Positions 35,614 to 51,892 of a stretch of DNA of 64,000 nucleotides are shown here, one piece after another. The notes below the pieces were generated by a model. The model was not told where the DNA came from. It did no database searches and saw nothing but the letters and a program-made list of their open reading frames with translations. The translations under genes and the position numbers were made by a program. The DNA comes from Kondoa subrosea (Eukaryota). The stretch is from contig BCIN01000006.1 in the NCBI GenBank assembly GCA_039545335.1, positions 248,001 to 312,000 of the forward strand, written 5' to 3'. Positions within the stretch are counted from its first letter, which is position 1, and every line of letters starts with the position of its first letter.

Positions 35614-36567
35614 TTAATCGATCTGAGTAGCTGTCGCCGCACTCGGTCTTCTTGCTCTGCTAAGGATTGCTCGGCATTCCCTCGCTATCTCACCAACACC
35701 TTTGACTCCAGCTTCTTCCCATGCTCGAAGGATTGGCTGGAAGTAAGAATAAGCAAGACGCTATCTAATTCAAACCAAGGACTGACTTCTCTACTCCCCC
35801 AAAGCGAATGTGCTTCGTTTCGATCTTTGTCTACTAGCAGTCTAAGTTGCATAGGAAGATCGAGCAAACGGGGAAGATGGACGAGTGGATCAAAGATATC
35901 GCTGTCCGACTTTGGTACTTCAGAGATAGTGGAGCGAGAAAAAGAAGCAGTGACTTGAGATATGAATTCGAAGGAAGAGCGAAGAGCGTCAAGAGAAGCA
36001 TCGAGTGATTCCGATCGCTCTTGCATCTATTCACTATCAGCTGAAGCTATATTTAATGGAAAGAGAGCGACTCACTCGCTGTATTGTATCGCTTGCTGCA
36101 ATCAACTCGTGATGATGATTATAGACTAATGCTTGACGTTCAGACTCAAGATCCTTGATCTCTTCACGCGTGTCTTGCTCTTTCTTCAGCAGATCGGCGA
36201 CGGAAGCAGTATTGTAGAGATGATCGAATAGCTCTTTCGGGTCAGGTAGAGTAGCGGTATCTGATATGAGCGGAAGAGCAGACATCAGTCAGTCGCGTTC
36301 AGCCAGAGTATGTGCGGCGACGTACCACCTTGAGCTTCCTGTTTCGAAGTTGAAGTGTCGTTCAAGCCATAGTAGTCACGCAAGTTGGTTCTCGCCCTTC
36401 TTTTCGCCTAGGCATACGATTCAATTGATAACGAGATATCGAGCAGCAGGACTTACAGCAGCTCGTTCCAAGACTTGAGCTGAAGCTGTCCTGTTCAAGC
36501 GAGGTGCTAAGGTCGACCTAGAACTAGCGCTTGAAGCTGCTGAAGACCGCCTGTCCAGCGGGGTCAT
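35614..36567 (-). CDS. VPS51: GARP/EARP complex subunit Vps51
   Basis: RARTNLRDYYGL, LLKKEQDTREEIKDLESERQALVYNHHHELIAASDTI, LRAWEEAGVKGV. Confidence 0.87.
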
Positions 36568-36933
36568 TTCCATTCCTTGCAGCGATCAGGCTTCCAAGTG
36601 ATAGAGCTCAGATATCGATGTTGTTTGCTTCCACTGACTTCACTTGAACACCTTGCTGCTCCCTCTAACTCTTGCCAAGGCTCGCTCTCGCTGCAGTCTC
36701 TTCCACTCTTTACACCTATCCTGTCTCTCTGCTTACTCCTTCTCTACCTATTCGGACGGGTATCTCCTCGTTTGGGTTCAAGTCATCGCGATCTGCGGAA
36801 TAAGCAATCTCGATAATTCCTTCGGTACTCTACACGGTGTATTCTGTGGTTATCGCAAGCAAATGTAAGCATGCACGCGGTGACGAAACAATGCTAATAG
36901 TCTAGATGTCATGATATCAATGCTGAAGATTAC

Positions 36934-39533
36934 TCAAACCATTTCGACATCTCCCTCCTCTTCTTCTTTACTAGGCAGCTCTCGCAAGATCGATCCCCAT
37001 TTAGGGAAGACTCGCTTGTACAAATTGAGGCAAACGGTATCCATCTGATCCATAGGTCCATCGAAACCAGCTTTGAAGTAACCATGCGTCCCAAGAGATT
37101 CTTTAATATGACCCGTTCGACCTTTCTTGGTCTTTAGCTGAATAGGCTTAAAGTAGTCAATATCTTCCGAATTGAAGAACATGTAGCGAATAGTAGCTGT
37201 TCGTTTGTGCAGCTTGAAAGGATGACCAGTCAGGATAATCCGCTTGGCAAGCACTCGAGTTGGGTCTGAAGACATCATTGTGCCGCTACCAATGAGTTCA
37301 TGCGAATCGGGCTTGATAAGAAGAGCAGGTACATTGGTACCAAATGTGATGGGAAGATAGCAGGTTGCAACGATAGAGGAAGTAGCTGCTGCTGGTCTGA
37401 AGTAGCGAAGGAACTTGTGTACGTTGTTGGCGCCCTTGCCATGATTACTTTGCGCATGTGAGGAGAAGAGAGGATTGATTGCGAATCGTCTTGGTCCAAG
37501 CAGGAGAATGGCATCATCCTGATATGTGTATTGAGCATTGGCTGCAGATCTGGAGGCGGGAGACTTACCTTTGATCTGATCTCTTCTTCAAACTCTGTAT
37601 TCCTTTGCAAGCTAAAATGCATGACAGTGTATTTGTGTTCGTGCTTATGCAGAGCGTAAACCACAACAGAGTGGGTTTGACTTGATAATTGAGCTGCTGC
37701 TGCTTTCGGAACATCTTTGATGTATATTGTCACTCGTGTACCAGGCTGTAAGCAAGAAAAGAAGTATCTATCAGGTTTCAATCTGAAATGTACTCAATAC
37801 TGCTTACCTCAACACCATCTTCTTGCGCCCTTTTGGTCACTCTCCGAGACATACCCTTCCAATTCTCAAACATGAAGCATCTAGCATAATCTCTTGGCAG
37901 TTGCTCATACGGATCCCAAGGACTCGTTCTAAAACTCTTCAAGCCTCTAAATCTTGCAAATCTTTCTCTAGCAGGCATGTCTTGAGGGGTATCAACTTCA
38001 TCAGGGAAATCCGCATCATCCCTTGACTCAAGTGCTCTTTTCGCTTGGTAGGCAGTATATTCAGCTTGTTCTGCTTCCGGATCTAATTCATGATGCGGTG
38101 CTGTTGATTCAGTATCGACTGCAAAAGAAACAGCTCGAGTAGATTCTTTCATTTCATCGTCTTCCTCTATTTGCTGAATTGGTTCTTCTTCCTCTTCTTC
38201 TTCTGCCACATCTTCTTCTTCTCCGTCATCTTCATCCATAATCCATGCTGCTTGATAATTTGATGTACCTTGAGGTACTTTCTTGAGCCTTTTAGGTGTT
38301 GTTCCAGGTAAAGCGGAAGGAATGACCAAATGATCCGATGAATTGTAACCCGGAGCGGAAGCGATGTCATCTTCAGTAGGCCAAGTTTGTTCAGCTAGCA
38401 AAGCGTCTTCATCGTCCGGTACATTGGTTGATTGTAAATCGTCTATATCATCTTCTGTTGGTTCAGCTATAAGATTAGAAGTAGGTTCAGTTTCCATTTC
38501 GTTCGCTTTTGGTCTTTTGGAAGTAGAAGCAACAGGGGCAGCTTCAATCCGGGAGATTTGGAAATCTCCAAGCCCTTGTAGATGTACCAATCGATCAGCA
38601 GAAAGACAAGCGCCTCGAACGTAGCCAGTAATTTTGAGTGTAGCTTTCTCTTCCTCTGGAGGCGATTCTCCCCACTCTATTTGCTCAGCCAAGATTCTTG
38701 CTCGTTCTTCCCTCCATCCTACACCTCTCGGCACACTTTCACTCATGCTTCTTGTCAAATTCGATAATTCGCTTGAAACGTCCAAAGAGTAAATTCGAGT
38801 GATTTGAGGGAAGAAATGCTGAGAGAAAGATAAGAGTGATTTTCGAATAGCTGTATGAATTGAATGTGATTCGTTTGAAGGTAAAGAAGTGACCAAAGCT
38901 CGAACTCCAGATTCAGGTATACCTAAAGCTGTAATGCATCGAAGCATATTTTCTCCCCATGCATTGACTTCTGTTGTTGAAGAGAGACAGAGTATGACAT
39001 AGTCTGCAGACATGATTGCGTCGACGTTGGCTAAAAGATCGCCATGGAGTGGTGTAAGGTATTGAAAGCTGGTTGATTTGGATCCCTTTGTGCTGCAAGA
39101 GTACGATCAGCGAAGAAGCAGACAATGAGGAAGGATGTACTAACCTTGATTGGTATATAGAACCTAGGCGTTGAGCTGTTTCTTCATCTTCTTCAGATAT
39201 CAAAGAAGCTAAGACTTGCTGAGAATCCACATCATCACACAAGCACAGTAGAGCGACGACCCTAGGCGCTCTTTTCTCTCCAGCATGACCAGATAAGACT
39301 TTGGCAGAAGCCACTAATGCAGCTCGTTTCTGCAATTGGACTTGTTTCGCTGTGTTTCTTCGGGCAGCTTTAGTCTGCTGTGACGTCTTTAGATGTGTTC
39401 TTTCTTCCTTGACGGGCCGTTGAGTCCTCCCCTTTGCTGCATCCTTTAGAGATTTCTTGCTGCTGTGTCCACCACTTTTTTTGAAAGTCTTGTTTGTCTG
39501 CTTAATTGTAGGTCTGTGATGGTGGGACTCCAT
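36934..39533 (-). CDS. TSR1: 40S ribosome biogenesis factor Tsr1
   Basis: HHHRPTIKQTNKTFK, VPQGTSNYQAAWI, FPDEVDTP..PARERFARFRGLKSFRTSPWDP, KRIILTGHPFK..GHIKESLGTHGYFKA. Confidence 0.96.
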
Positions 39534-40198
39534 TTTCAGAGTTCAGCAGACAGCCTGAAAGATATTCCTAGCGTGGGTATCGACTTGGTACAGGACGAGC
39601 CAGCACTGATGCAGATTTGTGAAAATCCATTTTCTTGACTTGGAGCAAGCACTTGATTTTCTGCTTACTGTACATACGTGTCTGTCTACGATCTTGACTT
39701 CAATCTCGTCTCTAGACTGCCCTCTGCATCGCTCATCTTCAAGGCCCAAGTCATCTTTCTCAAATTGCGATTCTGCTCTGTTTTTGAGGCGCCAACCAAT
39801 AGGAGACACGCCCAGGGCTTGGGCAGCTTGGGCTCTCATATTAGGCCTTGTTCAGCCATTATCTAGGCCTATGCCATTTGCGGACCGGGATCTACACCAA
39901 CGGGATTTTTTGCGACCTGATCAATCGCGATCTTGTTCTTTTGTTTCCAATCTGTATATTATTGAGTTCTCTATTATTGCTGCTTCGTATCTTCTGCCTA
40001 TAGCCTTAGAATCGTTCATTTGGGCCAGTCACTCCTTTAATCTCCTTTCCAACTTGGAAGCAGCAATCACCTAATCAGGCTTGCTCAGCGCCATTTTTAT
40101 AATACCCTTCGGCCTGTGCTCTATCATCTCACACTCCGATTAGAGTGTTCTCCGAGGCACTCACGACATATTCAAAAGCTCTATTTGAGATCAAAAGG

Positions 40199-41839
40199 AT
40201 GGATATGCATGATGGGAATGTCGTAGCTATAACTGGTGGTGACACTATCCGAATCCATTGGAGTTCACCTACAGCTCAAGCAGTCAATGTACTCGTACGT
40301 TTGTTCTCTGCCTCTGCCTCAGATGAAGTAATTTTGATGTTTTGATTCAACAGATCTTCATGCTTACTCTGTGTGTCAATGCGGGAGTTGTGGCTATATG
40401 GGGGCCAACTATGGTAGCAATTTGCAAGTATGTTGTATCCAGGTGGTCTTGTGCCTCATGTTGCTAAATGTTATACACTTATTGACAGAACACCAACAAT
40501 GACGGGCAAATGGTTCTGTAAAGTCGCTTTGGTTCTCACTTACCTCACTTCTTTCATCTTTGTCTTCTCGAATGGTTTCATGCAATTTGGCGTGGTGGGT
40601 GTTTCTCTGTTATGTCCATATTAGAATCATCTGACGCATATAAAGGGATTGGCGACAGAGCGAATGTGCGCGGGAGCGGTAGGTCTCTTTCTTTATATTA
40701 CTTTTCAAGAGATTGAGGGATCACTTATTCAGATCATTCTCTGTGTTTCGGCATATGCATCAACTAAGCTCTTCATGTATGCTTTCCTACTTGAAAGAGT
40801 CTATGTAAGTTTCTGTCTTCCTTTTAATGTGCCATTCAATCATATTGACTTGAGGTGATACAGATCGTCTCCTGCCAAACGAAACATATCAAGTCTAAGG
40901 CTTGGCTTGGCGGTGCAGCAGTCTACCTTGCAGGTGTACCTATTCTTATTCTGTTCTGCATCAATCGCGAATCGCGACTTCAACCTAATGGAGAATGTCA
41001 TATCGGTCTATCCATGAAGAGCATGTCCTTAGTAGCTTGGGACATCTTGATTACTAGTGAGTCTCCGAATCAGACAAATTTGAGGGAGCCTGATGTTTGT
41101 TGATGGCACAGGCTATCTCGGTTCTGCATTCATGTGGCCTCTGTTCCATACTATGAAATCTTCGCGCTTAAGAAGACTAGCCTACAAATCACTCATCGCC
41201 TCTATCGTCGGATTATTTTCAAGCGTTACCAACATCACAGTCTTGATTCTCAAAAGAGGAGAATTAGGATGGTTGTGTTTATCGCTTTGCACTTTGGACG
41301 TCTTGATCAATACTCTTTGCCTGGCTATCCTCACTAATCCATCAGAAGAAAACAGTAATGGACAAACTACAGGCAAACAAACTCGTTCGAAACAAATGAC
41401 GTCTCAGGCATCCTTTGGAGCGGGTGGAAACAGTCAGATCGTTTCGTATGTTCTTATGCTTCGATGCACTTTTGAATTTATCTCATGCTTATATTCCCGA
41501 TATGTAGGGGAATCAAGATTGAAACTTCAACCTTTCAAACTTCCGATACCAGGGAAGAAAATGAGGAGATCAAGGTAAATTATCTACACTCGTCAGAAAT
41601 ACTTGCTATGGTGTTTAATGCAGTTCTGCATGTAGAGTGACAGACATCTGGATATTCGGCTAGTGAATAAGAGACCAGCTCTCTACCCGACAAGTAGCGA
41701 TGGATTCATGTCTTATCTACCTGGAGCGCCCGTTACGCCTCTTTCTACACCTGGCGTCGAAGACTCGGAAGATAAAGAGTTGAATGAAATGAGAGTGCCT
41801 GCTGTCAGCTTCAATGTGAAGGGGGATGACAGAGTCTGA
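40199..41839 (+). CDS. Seven-transmembrane GPCR-like protein (fungal family)
   Basis: About 7 hydrophobic helices across exons; C..AIILCVSAYASTKLFMYAFLLERV, G.C.IGL loop, LRRLAYKSLIAS, ELGWLCLSLCTLDVLIN. Confidence 0.75.
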
Positions 41840-42103
41840 GTTTGGCGAAATTGGGAGTGGGGACTGAAAGGGATGTCTGTATAATCATAGAGTGGCATTG
41901 CATGGCGTTCAGTCGATAATATTGGACTTCCGCGCATCTTGACGAGCAACTTCGACTTGACCTTAATTCTTTCCCGCTAGGCAAGGGTGCAGAGACGCTC
42001 ATCATAGAGGCACTTGCTTTTCTCCTACTGTTTTCAAGCAAGGCTAACCTGAGATCTTCTTTCTCTCCCCTTCTCTACCTTTTCATTTGAATCTCAACAC
42101 ACA

Positions 42104-44676
<2,573 letters not shown>

Positions 44677-44841
44677 TATAGGAGTAGAGATCAACGAGCA
44701 GTGTAGACAATGTAGATTGATGGGGCCCACGAGGTGCCGGCCTGCCGTTTTGACTCCGCTCTCCAGCTATTTCTTGCTTTTTCGTTTTTGCAGCCACCAA
44801 GAACTTGTACACCTACATATTATACAATCGCGAGCACAATA

Positions 44842-46874
44842 ATGGTACAACTCAATGGACACGCAGACGTAGCGCAGACTAACGGGCATGTGAACGGAAC
44901 AAATGGAGTGCACAAGCGCAAAGACGAAAAGACCAAGGCAGCTATGGCTCTAGAAGATGAATACGGGGCTCATAAGTGGGTCCAGCGATATCCAAGCGAT
45001 CTCATTGGCTGATGCAATGTGGGAAATGTAGCTATCACCCTTTGCCCGTATGCTTTGAGCGAGGTCTAGGAGCTCATGTTTGGGGTGCGTCAGATCAATC
45101 TTTTAGCCTTTTGGAACTCATGTCTGTATCAGACATCGATGGGAACGAATACATCGACTGTCTTTCTGCTTATAGCGCGGTCAATCAAGGACATTGCCAT
45201 CCTCGTATTGTAGCTGCTTGTCAGTCTCTTTGATCTGCTGCAGATCGTCTGCTGATCAAGCTTGACAGTGACTGAACAAGCACAGAAGCTTACACTCTCT
45301 TCTAGAGCTTTCCATAGCGATAAGTTCGGTATCTATGCAGAGAAGATTACAAAGCTTCTTGGTTTCGAAGCCGTTCTGCCTATGAACGTACGTATAGTCA
45401 CCCTTGTACACGGTTGACTGAGCTGACAAAGTACTTTGACAGACCGGCGCGTAAGCTGGGATCTTTGAACAGAGGTTTCTTGTTTACTCATACCTGCTAT
45501 AGCGAAGCCGTAGAAACAGCGATGAAGATTTCTAGACGATGGGGATACATGAAGAAGGGTATACCAGAAGGGAAAGCCATCATCCTAGCTTGCACGGAAA
45601 ACTTCCACGGTCGAACGATTTCAGTTATCTCTATGAGTTCTGACGAAGGCTGTCGAACCGGCTTTGGACCTTTCATGAAGCAAGTTGGACCTTATTGTCC
45701 CGTTGGCAAAGATAGCGATGGAAAAGCTTATGCCATTCGATTCGGAGAGATTGGTGATTTGGAGAAGGCTCTGGAAGCACATGGGAAAGAAGTTGCTGCT
45801 TTCATCGTCGAGCCAATCCAAGGCGAAGCTGGGTGAGTAGCTATCTCATGATTCTACTGCGTGACAACTAACTTGCATACAGTATTATCATCCCACCTAA
45901 AGATTACCTTTCACAGGTAGCTGCCTTGTGCAAGAAGCACAATGTGAGCTAAAAAACATGGATATCTCTAGTACTTTTGCTGATAGATTACTAGGTTCTC
46001 TTCATCTGTGACGAAGTTCAAACTGGTTTCGGACGAGTATGTTATCTTTTTGCTGTCTTTACACATCTTCTCACTGTAACTTTGAAGACTGGAAAGATGA
46101 TGTGCCACGAGCACTTTGGAGTCAAACCAGATATGATCACTTTAGGCAAAGCTCTTTCAGGCGGAATTTACCCAGTTTCAGCCGTTCTTACTTCGAGGGA
46201 GATTATGGACTGCATCACTCCAGGTTCCCATGTTCGTCACGTCCTCTTCCTCCTTTTCAGACCAATTGCTGATTTCGTGATTCGCAGGGTTCAACTTATG
46301 GTGGAAATCCCTTAGGCTGCGCTTGTGCCATTGCTGCTCTGGATGTTCTGGTGGACGAGAAACTCAGCGAAAGAGCTGCTCATCTTGGTGAAATCATGCG
46401 CGAAGGATTGAGACAAGTTCAGAAACGTTCGCACGGCGTTATTGAAGAGGTCCGAGGTTATGGTTTATTGAACGCGGTTGTGATCGGGAAGAACAGCAGA
46501 GGTCGAGGGGCCTGGGAATTATGCCTCTTATTTAAGGAGAAAGGTCTTCTTTCTCTCTTTCTTTTTCTTTTCTTTTTCTAACTCTTCATAAAGGTCTTCT
46601 CGCGAAACCTAGTAAGTCTGCTACACGTACTTAGATTGGAGGTTCATATTTTGGCTAAACAGCGCACGAGAACACCATTCGTTTGGCTCCTCCCTTAGTC
46701 ATCTCTGAAGAGGATATTCGCAAGTCGGTGAAGATCATCGACGAATGCCTGCACGAACTTGATACTGTGAGTGTATTTTTGGCATCATGGTCTTCTTGGC
46801 TGAGGTATTGACAGCGCGACCGCATTGAGGATATCTCTGTCTCACACGGCGGATCGAGCAAGAAAGCTCTGTAG
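44842..46874 (+). CDS. CAR2: Ornithine aminotransferase
   Basis: [64 protein letters not shown] (PLP lysine). Confidence 0.95.
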
Positions 46875-46979
46875 ATTGCTTGTTCAGGTTACAGCTGTTG
46901 TACATAATCTGGGTCGCATCTTGTTAGGTCATTGTGCAATGAAAGTCTAGCACTGTTATTTCTATTCTCTATTGCTTTA

Positions 46980-49266
46980 TCAATGATCGTGACCATGGCC
47001 ATCATCTCCTCTTTGCTCTTGTTTAGGGCAAATGATTGAGCTGTAAATGGAGAAACCGTCTGAGCGAACAAATATCGCGTCAGAGGAAATCCACTCACTC
47101 ATCTATTCGCAGCAGAGAAGTAGCAGCTTCCAAAGCACTCTTGAAACTCCTGATCTTGCTCATGCTAGGTTCCAGTACACCAGCTTTGACGTTATCCTTG
47201 ACGACACCTTCGAGCAGATCTAGACCGTAGAACCGTAGTTCCCTCTTTGGATCGTTCGCCGGCGCTGTTTGTGCTGCATTGTGATATGCTCTGAGCCGAG
47301 CGACGAGATCTGTTGAGTCTTTTGCTGCATTTACTGCTAGGGTCTTGGGAATCACCAGCAGAGCATTGGCGAATTCAGCTATAGCTAATTGTTCTCTTGA
47401 GCCCTGTAGAGTTCAAGAGGCGCGAATCAGCTCAAACTGATATCCCAGCTCTCTCTACCTACTAAAGTCGTCGCGAAGTTTTCCAAATAGATTGAAAGAG
47501 CTGTTTCGACCGCTCCTCCTCCAGGTACTACTGATCCACTCTCTAATGTCCGCTTGATGACGCATAGCGCATCATGCATAGACCTTTCCATCTCATCGAG
47601 CATATAATCTGTACGTAATCGGTAGCATAAGCTGGAACCCAGCTTAAAGTGCCCATCAACGCACCATTTGCACCACGCAGAATCAAAGAAGAACTGCTGA
47701 CTACTTTTGTTCCCTTGACAAGAATCAATTCATCATCTCCAACTCTATCCTGAACGACTTCTTCCGCTTGACCAAGTAAAGAAGCTTCAAAAGTTTCTTC
47801 CCCTTCCAGATTAGCTAAACTTGAAACCAAAGTAGCTCCAGTTGCTCTAGCAATACGTTTCAGATCTTCTTTTTTGCACCGTCGAACGGCAATAGCTCCA
47901 GCTTCGACAAATTCTTTCAGACAGAGATCATCGATACCTTTTGTTGTGAGGATGACGTTGGCTCCTGTTGCTAAAATTTTCCGAATTCGTTCAAGAGTGA
48001 TTTCAGATTCTCTGTTGAATTATCGACGGCCTCTATCAGCAAATATGCTGATGAGTCAGTCAGTTCACAAACCGTCTACGGATAGCCTCCAATTGTTCTG
48101 GATCATCAATCGTGATTTGAATACCCAAGTTCATCCTTGTTTTCTGAAGGTTAATATCCAGGCAAGCGATTTTAGCGTTCTTGATCTGTTTCTTCATCGC
48201 TGTTCCCAACAGAACTACTTGATCAGACTCATTCTGACTTCATAGCTCTGTGTGCGAACCTTGTGAAGCAACAGTACAGTTCAAAGCGTAACCTTTGACG
48301 AAAACACTTTCCGTTGCACTCTTTCCATGTGCTTTCAGTACATTGACAGCTTTCACTGGGTACTTGATTTCTCCTCTCGGATTAATCGTCTTGACTGCTA
48401 GCATTGCATCTACTGCCATATTCCCAAAGAAATCGTCGTCTCTGTTCGTTCCGTAACCCGCTCAGCACTTAGCAATGCATTTTGCAAAGCGAAGCGAGAA
48501 GACGAACGACCCGATAATCTTAGAAGACATTGAGGTCTTGGCCACGTTGACTAATGAATCTTTTCCCAGAGTATCAACTTTGATAGCCAATTGATCATTA
48601 AGGTATTTGACGGCTTCTTTGCAAGCCAATCTATAACCCGTTATAACTGTAGTAGGATGAATCTTGTTTTTGACTAAATCGTTTGCTCTTCTTAATAGTT
48701 CAGCAGCGAGAATTACTACTGAAGTAGTCCCATCTCCTACTTCTTTATCTTGCTGTTGAGCTAATTCGACTAGAATTCGACCGGCTGGATGTTCTACTTC
48801 TAGTAAAGAGAGAATAGTAGCTCCATCATTTGAAATAGTCACGTCCTGTAAGCATTCAACTGTTCTTCCCAGCACTTATGTGCAGTGAGAACAGCAACTT
48901 ACGCCGACTTCATCCACCATCATCTGCGTACATTAGTAAGCATACGAAGCACGAGAAAGACATGTTGATAGACTCACTTTGTCCAGACCAACTATTCAAA
49001 GCGAGAAGTTGCAAGTCAGTCATGCGCGCTTCAGAGTGCAAGCGAGCAAAAGGACTAACCTGGTCCTAATGATGACTTGACTACATTTGCTATTGCCTGA
49101 GCAGCAGTGACATTGCTATCTCTGACTTCTTGTCCCTGTGCGTAAGGGAAAATCGAAACATTTGAGATTCCCTCAGACCAGACTATAGAGCTAATAGCCT
49201 CACGCTCGTCCTCTCTCCTGTTCCTAGCAATAAGCTGGATCTAGGATCTTTAGCAAACAAAGCCAT
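46980..49266 (-). CDS. TCP1: Chaperonin CCT/TRiC subunit alpha
   Basis: [83 protein letters not shown]. Confidence 0.96.
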
Positions 49267-49411
49267 GGTATCTTGTTGAAAGTTGAAAAACGCGAAATTG
49301 CATGAACACGCAGCTCTGTCCTAAGCAGCCACGTCCAAGTCACTCTGCTATAAGCCAGCCTCCTACACGCTTTGCTGATCCCCGGACACTACTGCCTACC
49401 TTGAATCTACA

Positions 49412-50378
49412 ATGGACCTCTCTCCGCCTAATCAAGCATCTGAAGCTAGATCAAACACATCTCGAGCTCCTTCTCATTCAAGCGCAGTCAGACCAAAAGG
49501 AATCCTAAAGACTGCTTCACATGATGGCAGGCAAGAACCTCCGTCAGTCTTGACTCGTTCAAATGTTCAGATCCCCGCTTACATGACTTATGACATATGA
49601 CATAGCACGGGATTGACTTGGGACGAACAGAATTTGTTGGTCAATGAGGAGAATAAGGATTCGAAGGTCCGTCAACAGCTCACGGACTAGCAAGCTTGTT
49701 TGCTTACCATAAATTGTTGCGGACAGATGAAGATCACTGAACCTAAGACACCTTATGTTCGTTATGATGCTGAAACGGATACCGTAATGGATCTAGACAG
49801 TTCGTTCTTCCCCTTCCTTCTTCTTATCTTCGTATAACAAGTGCGAGTACAGAAATTCCAGGATTCGAATTAGGTGCAGCTGAACCCGTTCCAGTTTCAC
49901 CAGCCAATTCCCAACCTTCTTCTCGTCACAATTCTTTCAATTCTTCTCGTTCTGGTTCTTCTTCTAGAAGATCTAGTGATAGTGGTGAAAAAAAAGTTGA
50001 TATCGTTTTAGATGAAAACGCTTTACATGGTGGTTTACCTCAAGAAGATGAAGAGGATGAATCTTTGTGGGATGAAGAAACTAGAGCGAAACATCGGGAA
50101 TTCAAGAGTAAAAGAGGTCAACATTATGGGAATGAAGCAGAGGTAAAATACTTTTTGAAACGCGATAAATACGTAATTTGCTAACAGGATGTGATGTACT
50201 AGGCCTTGAAGAAAGCAAAAGTTCTGCTAGGTGAGAGTGACCCGTCGTAGATTCAGGCAGTGCAGCTGACAGATGTCGAAATGTCGCAGATGAAGAAGCC
50301 ATTGATGACGAAGATTCAGACGAAGCACCAGTTCCGCAAGTACCGCAACGAGAGCAAATGACTAATGGTCATACTTGA
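49412..50378 (+). CDS. GLC8: Protein phosphatase 1 inhibitor-2 (Glc8/IPP-2)
   Basis: PKGILK (SILK-type), LTWDEQNL (RVxF-like), MKITEPKTPY, FKSKRGQHY.NEA. Confidence 0.9.
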
Positions 50379-50771
50379 ACGCTGAGTGTGGAAGTATCGC
50401 TTTGATGCGATTGTAATTCGATATGACATGGCATAAAGTCTCTCGCAATGTATAGTACTTCCCTTAAGTTATATTAATTCACCCTCGTCTCTTGGTCGCA
50501 ATCTTTCTTATGCCCTAACTCTCTTCATGTTGTTCCGGCTCAGCTCGATTTCTGCCTGCGCCCTGCGGCCTGCCGAGACAGTGTCTTGTTGTTAGCTCGT
50601 ACTGTTCTTTCTCCTATTCTGGAGATGCGCTGGGTTGCTCGAAGACCGCGAATTGCAATAAAGCCAGAATCCCAATAGAGATCAACGATTCGTGCGAGGA
50701 TACAATCCAATCTATCTTTTGATCTATATCTATTTCTCTACTGAGCGCTATCTAAAAAAAATTACCCAACG

Positions 50772-51892
50772 CTAATGTTTGCCATTGACTTTCGTTTGCT
50801 GTACTTCCGCATCGCCAGCCTCTTCAGTCCGATCTTTTTGATCCAAATGTTTCAGGTCCGCATATTGATGTACTACACATTGCCAGCCCATTTCTAGAGA
50901 TCCTTGCACATGTACTTCCGTGATTGAGCAATTACCTACTCTAGGTTGATACGCATAAGATGGGGAAGTAGTTACGCCTGGTCTGCATAGAAGAGCTGGT
51001 ATGATGGCTTTGATTGGACCTCCCTATTTTGATGTAAGAAAAACGGAGAGATACGGTATAGGAACAGAAGACAAACATGGCTAACGAGCAAAACCCGAAC
51101 TGGTTCAGCAGTATCTTTCCACTCCTCTTGTTTTTGTGAGACAACTGGATCCAGAGGAAGCAGAGAATGCGATTGATGTTGATCTACGGGGAAGAGCGAG
51201 TCCCAGAAATCGAGTAATCTTCCTTCGAATACTGCTGCTGGTTCCATATCCGGTACATCTCCGCGACTTCTATCCCAATTTCGACCTTGCATTGAGCCCT
51301 GTGAGAGAACAGATAAAATCAATATGCGGACGGAACGCAATGACTGGTTGGATCTCACAAGATATTTCTCCCGTATCCTCCAATCACTGTACACTGCTTT
51401 AGATCAAGATCAAACTGGATGAGAGAGAAGTAACCTTTTTGGTTGGACAGGTTTAGCTTGATGAGCCAAAATACAATCCATAGTCTGTTCGTCGCTATAC
51501 CTTTAGTACCCGACGGTACTTTGGTAACAGCTAGACAAACTTTTCGACACCTTATCAAATCGCTAGTGAAAGCATAGTCGAATTTAATCCCTTGATCACG
51601 AAAATATTGACCAGTCTGTTTGGCTTGTTCTTCTCCTTCTGCATTGATTGGCTATATTCCATCATCAGCTTCATTCGACGAATGATATAGTGAACAAACA
51701 GTATCTATCCAACCTTGTACGATGTGTGCAGCGTTATCGTCCGTCAATCCGCTGGCAACTCGAGTCAGACAACTTCTCCCAGAGTCAAAAATTGAAGAAG
51801 CGCTCACTGTCGCTAGCAGAAGAAGATGTAAGACACAGATGTTCGTACATGTCTAGGAGATAGCTCACTACTAGCGTTACGATATAGCTCAT
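50772..51892 (-). CDS. Histidine phosphatase / phosphoglycerate mutase-family protein
   Basis: MSYIVTLV|RH|GLTDDN..IVQGWIDTP.NAEG..QA, FTSDLIRC, RVLLVSH, GNCSITEV; the RHG motif is assembled via a 5-nt exon. Confidence 0.87.
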
